This document shows positions 1 to 6,803 of a DNA stretch of 49,116 nt, piece by piece (position 1 is the first letter of the stretch; the number at the start of each line of letters is the position of its first letter). The position numbers and the translations under genes are program-made. The notes under the pieces were generated by a model. It worked only from the letters and a program-made list of their open reading frames with translations, had not been told where the DNA came from and searched no databases. Source of the stretch: an uncultured Clostridia bacterium (GTDB lineage Bacteria > Bacillota > Clostridia > Oscillospirales > Ruminococcaceae); NCBI GenBank assembly GCA_944387325.1, contig CALXEN010000030.1, positions 1 through 49,116 of the forward strand, in the 5' to 3' direction.

Positions 1-40
1 TAATGTGGGGAGAAGCAGTTACGATCAAACGATTTTCCAT
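1..40 (-). CDS. rnfD: RnfD-like subunit, first 13 codons only (gene runs off the window start)
   Basis: ATG at 40-38, 9 nt after GGAGGG and 3 nt after the rnfC stop (TAA 46-44). Translates MENRLIVTASPHI, an RnfD-type N-terminus. Too short for certainty. Confidence 0.45.
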   Translation of the reverse strand, partial: MENRLIVTASPHI

Positions 41-43
41 TGC

Positions 44-1396
44 TTATTTCCCTCCTGTTCTCTGCAGCACCTTGGCCAGACTCATGGTCTGGGTCACGGG
101 GCGCTTGGCAGGGCAGACAAAGCTGCAGGTGCCGCACAGCACGCACAGATCCAGATTCAGCTTGTTCAGTGCTTCCACATCTTTGTTCTTGAAGGCCTCT
201 GCGATCTGCACGGGAGCCAGACCCATGGGGCAGCCGTTGATGCACCGGCCGCACCGGATGCAGGGCTGGGGGTCAGGAATGGTGGCAGCCTCCCGGCTGA
301 ACAGCAGCAGGCCGTTGTTCTGCTTCAGGAGGGGGAAGGAGGTGTCGGAGACACAGCCGCCCATCATGGGGCCGCCGTAGATGACCTTGCCCAGTTCCTT
401 GCCTTCCTTGATGCCCCCTGCAAAGTCGATGATGTCCTGGTAGGGAGTGCCGATGGCCACTTCCACATTCATGGGCTTGGCGCAGGCATCCCCATCCACA
501 GTGACCCGCTTGGTCACCAGAGGCATACCAGTCTTCAGGAACTTGCCCAGGGTGGAAACGCTGGTCACATTCATGACGATGCAGCCCACGTCCGCAGGCA
601 GACCGGCACGGGGACGGTCACCGGGGACAGTCTTGGGAACTTCCCGTCCGGTGCAGGTCTCCACCAGGTTCTTCTCGGCGCCCTGGGGATACCGGCTGGG
701 GAGAGGCTTGACGCTGACCCCGGCCATGGAGGAGGTCCGTTCCTCCATCAGTTTGATGCACTCGGGCTTGTTGGTCTCGATGCCGATGATGCAGTTGGGG
801 ATGGAGCAGTACTTCATGACTGCTTCAATGCCGCTGATCACCGTGTCGGTGCACTCCAGGAACTCCCGGGTATCCGGGGTCAGGTAGGGCTCACACTCAG
901 CGCCGTTGATGACCAGGGTGTCCACAGGGGTGGCAGGGCAGAGCTTCACATGGGTGGGGAAGCCTGCGCCGCCCAGACCCACCAGGCCGCAGTCCTTCAC
1001 CGCCTGGATCAGGCTGTCGTGATCGGTGACCACGGGAGGCTGGATGGACGGGTCCACCTTCTGCTCTCCATCGGTGTCAATCACCACGGTAGCGCAGGCG
1101 GAGCCGTTGGGCATCCGGATGGTACCTACCTCCGCCACAGTGCCGCTGGCAGGAGAGTAGATGTTTGCGCTGACAAATCCGCCGGCCTCGCCAATGAGGG
1201 TGCCCACCAGAACGGTGTCACCCTTCTTGACCACAGGCTTGGCGGGGGCGCCGATGTGCATACTCATGGGAATGACCAGCCGCTTGGCAACCGGCATCTG
1301 CACGGTTTCCATGGTAGCGGTGATCTTTTCATGAGGTACACCTGCACCTTCGGCAGAACGCTTCAGCTTTTTAAACATGAAAGAACGATCCCCCAT
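44..1396 (-). CDS. rnfC: Rnf electron transport complex subunit C
   Basis: 450-aa ORF with the core GLVGLGGAGFPTHVKL and two C-terminal 4Fe-4S motifs, CIRCGRCINGCP and CVLCGTCSFVCP. An alternative start ATG at 1378 (MFKKLKR) is possible. Confidence 0.92.
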   Translation of the reverse strand: MGDRSFMFKKLKRSAEGAGVPHEKITATMETVQMPVAKRLVIPMSMHIGAPAKPVVKKGDTVLVGTLIGEAGGFVSANIYSPASGTVAEVGTIRMPNGSACATVVIDTDGEQKVDPSIQPPVVTDHDSLIQAVKDCGLVGLGGAGFPTHVKLCPATPVDTLVINGAECEPYLTPDTREFLECTDTVISGIEAVMKYCSIPNCIIGIETNKPECIKLMEERTSSMAGVSVKPLPSRYPQGAEKNLVETCTGREVPKTVPGDRPRAGLPADVGCIVMNVTSVSTLGKFLKTGMPLVTKRVTVDGDACAKPMNVEVAIGTPYQDIIDFAGGIKEGKELGKVIYGGPMMGGCVSDTSFPLLKQNNGLLLFSREAATIPDPQPCIRCGRCINGCPMGLAPVQIAEAFKNKDVEALNKLNLDLCVLCGTCSFVCPAKRPVTQTMSLAKVLQRTGGK

Positions 1397-1594
1397 TTCT
1401 TAAAAACTTGGCGGCGGACATCCAAAAGCAAAAAAATGCCCGCCCGGACGGCCGCACAAAAAACAAGCCGCCCTTATACCATACAAACTCATTTTATCAT
1501 TTTTCTTTTCTAAGTCAACCAAAAGTAGCATATTGGCCGAGATTTTTCTTGGAGTTTTTTCCAATTCTTTTCCAGCTCCGTCCTGGATTTTCAG

Positions 1595-1623
1595 TTGCAT
1601 TTACCCCCGGAGCATGGTACAAT
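1595..1623 (+). promoter_or_regulatory. sigma70-like promoter for the small ORF at 1656
   Basis: TTGCAT (1595-1600), 17-nt spacer, TGgTACAAT (extended -10; -10 at 1618-1623). Confidence 0.4.
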
Positions 1624-1655
1624 AAGGGCATATAACATGACAGGAGGCTGTTGGG

Positions 1656-1781
1656 ATGAAGGTTCTTTTTCGGATTTTGGTAGCCCTGCTGGCCCTTACC
1701 GGGGCGGCTTTGGCCGTGGTTTATGCCCTGCAGGAGAACCAGAAAAGCCAGTATATCACCCTGGACAGCGATCTGGATTGA
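1656..1781 (+). CDS. hypothetical 41-aa hydrophobic peptide (below the ORF-track cutoff)
   Basis: ATG 1656 follows AGGAGG with a 7-nt spacer. Translates MKVLFRILVALLALTGAALAVVYALQENQKSQYITLDSDLD (one TM or signal-like helix). Followed by a strong hairpin terminator. Confidence 0.4.
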   Translation: MKVLFRILVALLALTGAALAVVYALQENQKSQYITLDSDLD

Positions 1782-1805
1782 TCGCATTTCCTCCCCTGAA
1801 CGGTT

Positions 1806-1848
1806 GCAGCCCGGATTCCTTTGGGAATCCGGGCTGCTTTTTTATTTT
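1806..1848 (+). terminator. intrinsic terminator between the small ORF and convergent pepV
   Basis: GCAGCCCGGATTCC-TTTG-GGAATCCGGGCTGC perfect 14-bp stem, followed by TTTTTTATTTT. Confidence 0.75.
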
Positions 1849-1858
1849 GATATTGCAC

Positions 1859-3235
1859 TTACAGGTCCAGCTCTTCCAGTCGGAGGAGGGCCTTGATGTA
1901 GATCTCCAGACCCATGAGGAGATCCTCAAACCGGGCCCCCTCGTTGGCGCCGTGCATGGGACCGGCAAAATCCGGCAGGACCAGGTCCTGGACCTCGGGG
2001 CCATAGCTGACGGCACAGGGGAAGTGCCGGGCGTAGGTGCCGCCGCCCATGAGGAAGGGCTGAGCCTGACGGCCGGTGACTTCGTTGTAGGTGTCCAGCA
2101 GGGCCCGGATGGCAGGATGATCCGGCTCAATGTAGAAGCAGTCATTTCCTTCCACTTCCTCCAGATGAGCGGCCGTACCGCAGGCAGCCTCCATCTGCCG
2201 GGTCAGGGTCTCCACATTGGTGGAGGTGACATACCGGCAGTCGAAGGTCTGGCAGATGACCCCGTCCTTCATGGAGATGACCCCGCCGATGACGGTAAGG
2301 GGGGTGAACTTTCCGTCGTCGGCCTGGATCCCCACTCCCCTGCCGTAGTAATCCTTGTGGAGATTATGGAGCACCTTCAGGTAGGCGGTCTCCGCCTCAT
2401 TGCAGACGCCGCTCTCCAGCAGGCAGTCCACCACCAGGCCGATAGCGTTGACGGTGCCCTCGGGGAGGGCCGCATGGCCGCTCTTCCCCTGGCCCAGAAC
2501 GGCGGTGGTATCCTGGTCCACCTTTTCCAGGGTGATGCCCGGGGTCTGCTTCAGCTGGTCCATCGGCACCTTCACCAGTGCCCTGGCCCGGTCGGGCACG
2601 GCATTGTTGGCCACGCCCCCCTGGAAATCCAGGATGGCCCCATCACAGACCGGGCTGCAGATGTTACCGGAGAAATGGCCCTTCTCCCCGTTGCAGAGAG
2701 GGAACTCCGCATCGGGGGTGAAGAGGAAGGCGGGGGCGGGATAGTTGGCCTGATAATACTCCACATCGGTCATGCCGCACTCCTCGTCACAGCCGAAGAT
2801 GGCCCGGATGGGGTACTTCAGCTCCATCCCGCTCTCCTTGATGTACTTGAGGGCGTAGAGGATGAGGACCGAGGGGCCCTTGTCGTCGGCAATGCCCCGG
2901 CCCAGAAGCCAGCCTTCCCGCTGGCGAAGGGTCCAGGGATCGGCGTCCCAGCCGTTCCCCACCGGTACCACGTCCAGGTGGGTGATGGTGGCAATATATT
3001 TTTCCGGATCCTTCCCCGGCAGCTGGACCCACCCCAGGTATCCCTGGGCGTCATAGGTCTCAAAGCCCATCTCCCGGGCCATGGCCAGCCCCTCGTTCAG
3101 GGCATTCCGGGGCCCCTCCCCATAGGGTGCGCCGGGGAGGGCGGGGCCCTTGACGCTGGGCACCGCCACGATCCGGGTCATATCCCGCAGGATGTTCTCC
3201 CGGTTTTGTTCAATAAATTCCTTTACAGACTGCAT
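1859..3235 (-). CDS. pepV: M20-family dipeptidase (PepV/Sapep-like)
   Basis: 458 aa with the metal and catalytic motifs HLDVVPVG, GRGIADDKGP and FGCDEECG. Confidence 0.88.
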   Translation of the reverse strand: MQSVKEFIEQNRENILRDMTRIVAVPSVKGPALPGAPYGEGPRNALNEGLAMAREMGFETYDAQGYLGWVQLPGKDPEKYIATITHLDVVPVGNGWDADPWTLRQREGWLLGRGIADDKGPSVLILYALKYIKESGMELKYPIRAIFGCDEECGMTDVEYYQANYPAPAFLFTPDAEFPLCNGEKGHFSGNICSPVCDGAILDFQGGVANNAVPDRARALVKVPMDQLKQTPGITLEKVDQDTTAVLGQGKSGHAALPEGTVNAIGLVVDCLLESGVCNEAETAYLKVLHNLHKDYYGRGVGIQADDGKFTPLTVIGGVISMKDGVICQTFDCRYVTSTNVETLTRQMEAACGTAAHLEEVEGNDCFYIEPDHPAIRALLDTYNEVTGRQAQPFLMGGGTYARHFPCAVSYGPEVQDLVLPDFAGPMHGANEGARFEDLLMGLEIYIKALLRLEELDL

Positions 3236-3362
3236 ACTCCATTACTCCCGTTCAAGACCCGCCGGGCAGGTCCGTAGTCTGGGGGCCGCTCCCCTTCCGG
3301 GCCGTCCCCTTACAGGTGGATTATAGCACACTCCCTTTAAAAAGGAAATGGGAGGGCAGGCC

Positions 3363-4127
3363 TCAGGGCTGCATCTCGGTCAAATACTCCCAGTACCGCT
3401 TGGGAAGGTTGCTTCTTTGGAGGGCTTCGTTCCTCCGTTCCTCAATGGTGAGGGCCTTGAAAAACGCCTTCCACAGGTCCTGATACTGCTTTTCCCGGGC
3501 TTCAGGGGTGGGGAGGATCACCGGCTTTTCAAACTCCAGATACTCCACCTTGCCGCCCCGTTTCAGAAGGGCCAATCCATGGCTGTTGTCAAAGATGACA
3601 AAATCCTCCTGGGGGAGCCGGTCGCAGAAGTGGTTTTGCAGAAGGGGCAGCACACAGTGGTGAGGCCGGATGACGGCGCCCAGCATCCCCTCCCGCTCCT
3701 GGAACCGGAGCACCTCCAGGTATTTTCCGCTTTCCCGGGAGACCTGCCGCTCCAGCTCCACCACCGCCGCCACATCCGGGTGCGCCAGCTGCCGGGCTGC
3801 CTGGGGGCCTTCCCGGTAGCAGAGTTCCAGGAACCGGAGGAGTTTCATCTCCTTGTCCGGGCTGTCGTTCAGGAAGGCATACATGACCAGCCGCCGGATC
3901 CAGGGTCCCATCTTTCGGATGCTGGCCTCCACCCTCTGGGCCTGGCCGGGGTGGGTGACGATCTCCACCTGGGGAAAGAGGGTGGTCTCGGGCCGGAGAA
4001 GCTGCCAGATATCGGTGGGCAGTTCCCGGTTTTGGTAGCTCTGAAAGACACAGCAGAGGAATCCCTCGTAGCTGCCGTCATACCAGTAAATGAGATCCTT
4101 GGGGATCAGAGCTTTTCTGCCAGGCAT
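3363..4127 (-). CDS. DUF4130 / TIGR03915-type probable DNA metabolism protein (partner of the radical SAM below)
   Basis: 254 aa. Its start overlaps the upstream radical SAM gene by 22 nt. Family assignment is from memory of the conserved two-gene pairing. Confidence 0.8.
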   Translation of the reverse strand: MPGRKALIPKDLIYWYDGSYEGFLCCVFQSYQNRELPTDIWQLLRPETTLFPQVEIVTHPGQAQRVEASIRKMGPWIRRLVMYAFLNDSPDKEMKLLRFLELCYREGPQAARQLAHPDVAAVVELERQVSRESGKYLEVLRFQEREGMLGAVIRPHHCVLPLLQNHFCDRLPQEDFVIFDNSHGLALLKRGGKVEYLEFEKPVILPTPEAREKQYQDLWKAFFKALTIEERRNEALQRSNLPKRYWEYLTEMQP

Positions 4128-5470
4128 TTCACTGCTTCCTCCTCCACGGTTTTGGCGGCCAGGGCGGGAGCCATCCCCTCCTCGGCCAGCTGCTGCACCT
4201 GGGGCGCCGCCCCCAGCAGGCCGGAGGGGTCCTCAAACAAACTGGTCTGGTAACTGCCGTACCCGAAGGCCTTGGGGTCCAGCAGGGACCGGACCACCAT
4301 CTCCCTCCGGGGGGAATGAGGGCCGGCGTATCCTTTGCAAGTAATGAAGTATTGGGCCCGCTTCAGCACCACCCCCAGCCGCCGCAGCCCCTCCCAGTCC
4401 AGGGTCTGCTGGCGGCGGGCGGTGCGGATTCGCCGGGCGGACTTAGGCCCGATCCCCGGCACCCGGAGGAGCATCTCAAAGGGGGCTTTGTTTACATCCA
4501 CCGGGAAGAGATGGTAGTGGTTCACCGCCCAGTTGCATTTGGGGTCCAGATAAGGGTTGAAGTTGGGGTTTTCCCGGTCCAGAATCTCCTCTGCCTGAAA
4601 ATCATAGTACCGCAGCAGCCAGTCCGCCTGGTAGAGGCGGTGCTCCCGGAGCAGCGGCGGCTTGGTGTCCGCCGCCGGGAGGCGGGAATCCTCCACCACC
4701 GGAATGTAGGCGGAGAAAAAGACCCGTTTCAGTTGGTATTTCTTGTACAGTTCCTGGGTCAGGTTGAGGATTTGGTAATCGCTTTCCGGGGTGGCCCCTA
4801 CGATCATCTGGGTGGATTGGCCCGCCGGAGCAAACTTGGGAGCCCCCCGGTAGAGCTGGAGCTCCTGCCGGTTTTCCTGGGCGGTCCGGGCGATCTGCCC
4901 CATAGGCCGGAAGATGGCCTTTCTACCCTTGTCGGGGCAGAGCAGGTTGAGGCTGGTCTCGCTGGGGAGCTCGATGTTCACCGACAGCCGGTCCGCCAGC
5001 AGGCCCAGCCGCTGCACCAGGGCCGGGTCCGCCCCGGGGATGGTTTTGGCGTGGATATACCCGTTGAAGCCATACTCTCCCCGGAGAAGTTCCAGGGCGT
5101 GGATCATCTGCTCCATGGTGTAGTCCGGATTTTTCAGGACGGCGCTGGAGAGAAACAGCCCTTCTATATAATTCCGGCGGTAAAATTCAATGGTGAGCCG
5201 GGCCAGCTCCCGGGGGGTAAAGGCGGCCCGGGGCAGGTCGTTGGACCGGCGGTTGACGCAGTATTTGCAGTCGTAGGCGCAGATGTTGGTGAGGAGCACC
5301 TTCAGAAGAGAGACGCAGCGGCCGTCCGCCGTGAAGGTGTGGCAGAGCCCGGCGTTCACCGTGTTCCCGATCTTCCCCGGCTGCCCCTGCCGTTCCGACC
5401 CGCTGGAGGTGCAGGCCACATCGTATTTGGCGCTGTCGGCCAAGATCCGGAGCTTTTCCAGCAGTTCCAT
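4106..5470 (-). CDS. putative DNA modification/repair radical SAM protein (TIGR03916-like)
   Basis: Radical SAM triad CAYDCKYC, family-typical N-terminus LADSAKYDVAC, and a C-terminal helix-hairpin-helix LLRVPGIGPKSARRI. ATG 5470 (MELLEKL) follows GGGAGAGAGG. The ORF-track start at 5500 has no RBS. Confidence 0.88.
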   Translation of the reverse strand: MELLEKLRILADSAKYDVACTSSGSERQGQPGKIGNTVNAGLCHTFTADGRCVSLLKVLLTNICAYDCKYCVNRRSNDLPRAAFTPRELARLTIEFYRRNYIEGLFLSSAVLKNPDYTMEQMIHALELLRGEYGFNGYIHAKTIPGADPALVQRLGLLADRLSVNIELPSETSLNLLCPDKGRKAIFRPMGQIARTAQENRQELQLYRGAPKFAPAGQSTQMIVGATPESDYQILNLTQELYKKYQLKRVFFSAYIPVVEDSRLPAADTKPPLLREHRLYQADWLLRYYDFQAEEILDRENPNFNPYLDPKCNWAVNHYHLFPVDVNKAPFEMLLRVPGIGPKSARRIRTARRQQTLDWEGLRRLGVVLKRAQYFITCKGYAGPHSPRREMVVRSLLDPKAFGYGSYQTSLFEDPSGLLGAAPQVQQLAEEGMAPALAAKTVEEEAVKCLAEKL

Positions 5471-5484
5471 CCTCTCTCCCTCCC

Positions 5485-5546
5485 CTGAAAAAAAGTGCAA
5501 AAAACAAGGCCCCCTCCCTTCCGGAATTTTCCGGGGCAGGAGGCCT
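5485..5546 (-). terminator. terminator-like GC hairpin plus U-run between the repressor gene and the radical SAM gene
   Basis: On the minus strand, an imperfect hairpin GGCCTCCTGCCCCGGAAAATTCCGGAAGGGAGGGGGCC is followed by TTGTTTTTTGCACTTTTTTT. It ends about 15 nt before ATG 5470. Confidence 0.5.
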
Positions 5547-5604
5547 TTACAGTCCCAATTATAGGACTTTTAATCTGGTACTCTCAAATTACGGAAGGCC
5601 CCCC

Positions 5605-6237
5605 TCACCACCGGGCCTTGGTCTCCACCACTTTCCCGGCAATGTAAAGGTGGGAAAGCTCCTCCCCCCGGAGGATCTTGTCCTCATACTGGGGATTGAA
5701 GGCTTTCAGGACCACAGCGTTCCCACGGCGGATGAACTTTTTCAGGGTGCCCTCGCCCCCTTCGTCCCCGTAGACCATAACCCCCAGGTCCCCGTCGTCC
5801 AGGGTGTTCTGGCGGTGGACCAGAGCCAGGTCTCCGTCAAAGATCCGGGGCTCCATGCTGTCCCCCTTCACCACCAGGAAGAAGTAGTTGTCCGGGTCCT
5901 TGACGCAGGCATACTCGGTGCCGTAGTCCTCCTCGAAGGCCAGGCCGCCGTACCCCGCCTTGACGGTGCCGATGACCGGGATAAGGCACTGCTTCCTCCC
6001 CCCGAAGAACCGTTCCTCCGCCTGGAGGGTCTCGGGCCCGGGCTGGTTGAAGCCCAGCAGGGTGTCGGTGGTGGTCTGGAGGACTTCGGCGATCTTGGCC
6101 ACCATATCGGGGGAGGGAGTGGCTTTATCCTTTTCCCACTTCCCCACCGCCTGCTGGGTGACCCCCAACCGGCTGGCCAGTTCTCCCTGGCTCATCTTCT
6201 GTGCCTTCCGGGCACTACGCAGAAATTCCGAAAACAT
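5605..6237 (-). CDS. LexA-like S24 autoprotease repressor with an XRE-type HTH
   Basis: 210 aa. HTH QGELASRLGVTQQAVGKWEKDK, Ala-Gly cleavage site VKAGYGG, catalytic Ser in VVKGDSMEP and Lys in GTLKKFIR. RBS GGAGGTG lies 7 nt upstream of the ATG. Confidence 0.9.
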   Translation of the reverse strand: MFSEFLRSARKAQKMSQGELASRLGVTQQAVGKWEKDKATPSPDMVAKIAEVLQTTTDTLLGFNQPGPETLQAEERFFGGRKQCLIPVIGTVKAGYGGLAFEEDYGTEYACVKDPDNYFFLVVKGDSMEPRIFDGDLALVHRQNTLDDGDLGVMVYGDEGGEGTLKKFIRRGNAVVLKAFNPQYEDKILRGEELSHLYIAGKVVETKARW

Positions 6238-6266
6238 CTGCTGCCACCTCCTTCTGTCTTGGTTTT

Positions 6267-6296
6267 ATTATACAACCATTGGTAGTTTCATGTAAA
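6267..6296 (-). promoter_or_regulatory. promoter of the LexA-like gene
   Basis: On the minus strand: TTTACA (6296-6291), 18-nt spacer, TATAAT (6272-6267). Confidence 0.5.
6272..6286. promoter_or_regulatory. candidate operator O1 (ACAAC-N5-GTAGT)
   Basis: ACAACCATTGGTAGT lies within the spacer and touches the -10 of the repressor promoter. It shares ACAACC with the sites at 6365, 6376 and 23672. Confidence 0.5.
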
Positions 6297-6335
6297 GATA
6301 TTTTTGAAATTTTTCATTTTTTTCTCAGTTTTATC

Positions 6336-6364
6336 TTGACTTTCCTCAGGAAAGCCACTATAAT
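6336..6364 (+). promoter_or_regulatory. near-consensus sigma70 promoter of the small membrane protein gene
   Basis: TTGACT (6336-6341), 17-nt spacer, TATAAT (6359-6364). Confidence 0.65.
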
Positions 6365-6390
6365 ACAACCATAACACAACCATTTGTTGT
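6365..6390. promoter_or_regulatory. candidate operator O2 (half-site plus ACAAC-N5-GTTGT)
   Basis: ACAACCAT (6365-6372) followed by ACAACCATTTGTTGT (6376-6390), immediately downstream of the -10 and covering the likely transcription start. Confidence 0.55.
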
Positions 6391-6412
6391 TAATTCTGCG
6401 GAGGTAAGTAAA

Positions 6413-6658
6413 ATGAAACAGATACTTTGCAAGCTGGGTATTGTTCTGGGCGCTCTGGTATTTTGGCTGACCATGGTCTCCACTGCCTACGCCACCGTTT
6501 CCCTGCCCGCCGGGCTGCTGGTGCTGGCTTTCTCCGCTGTTACCATCCGGGTCTGCTGGCTGGAGCTGATCCATCTGGAGATCTCTTCCCGCCGTGCCAA
6601 GGTCCTGGCCCGGCGGAAGGTGCGGGCTGCCGTCTCCTGCAAGACCACCGCCGCCTGA
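6413..6658 (+). CDS. hypothetical 81-aa protein with two TM helices and a basic C-terminal tail
   Basis: GGAGG lies 8 nt upstream of the ATG. Hydrophobic segments LGIVLGALVFWLTMVSTAYA and LPAGLLVLAFSAVTIRVCWL, then tail SSRRAKVLARRKVRAAV. Has its own promoter and terminator. The overlapping ORF 6427-6957 looks off-frame (R/P/G-rich). Confidence 0.6.
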   Translation: MKQILCKLGIVLGALVFWLTMVSTAYATVSLPAGLLVLAFSAVTIRVCWLELIHLEISSRRAKVLARRKVRAAVSCKTTAA

Positions 6659-6750
6659 TTTGCCTTTGCCCCCGGGGAATGTGGGAGCGGGGCTCATGTC
6701 CCCCAGGGTCTGCCCCCTGTCCGCCCGCCTTCCCTTATATAAATGAAGAA

Positions 6751-6795
6751 CGGCATGGTCCCTCCGCCAGGGGGAGCCATGCCGCTTTTTGTTTT
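6751..6795 (+). terminator. intrinsic terminator
   Basis: CGGCATGG...CCATGCCG stem followed by CTTTTTGTTTT. It sits between the small ORF and the convergent pyrophosphatase gene. Confidence 0.75.
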
Positions 6796-6803
6796 ATCTT
6801 GGT

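Noticed and set aside
1425-1475. U-runs in the rnfC 5' UTR (minus strand GGCUUGUUUUUUGUG and GGGCAUUUUUUUGC) suggested a leader attenuator.
   Set aside because: I could not draw convincing stems immediately upstream of either U-run. Without folding software this remains unsupported.
5-1513. 502-aa plus-strand ORF antisense to rnfC. Similar long shadow ORFs occur at 1595-3277, 8603-10534, 10303-12045, 11924-13894, 13816-15894, 16653-17900, 20467-21813, 22077-23708, 30503-31942, 33206-35068, 37606-39555 and 39621-41177.
   Set aside because: All lie antisense to genes with clear family motifs. Their translations are Gly/Arg/Pro/His/Leu-rich low-complexity strings, typical of stop-poor antisense frames in high-GC DNA. 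None has an RBS.
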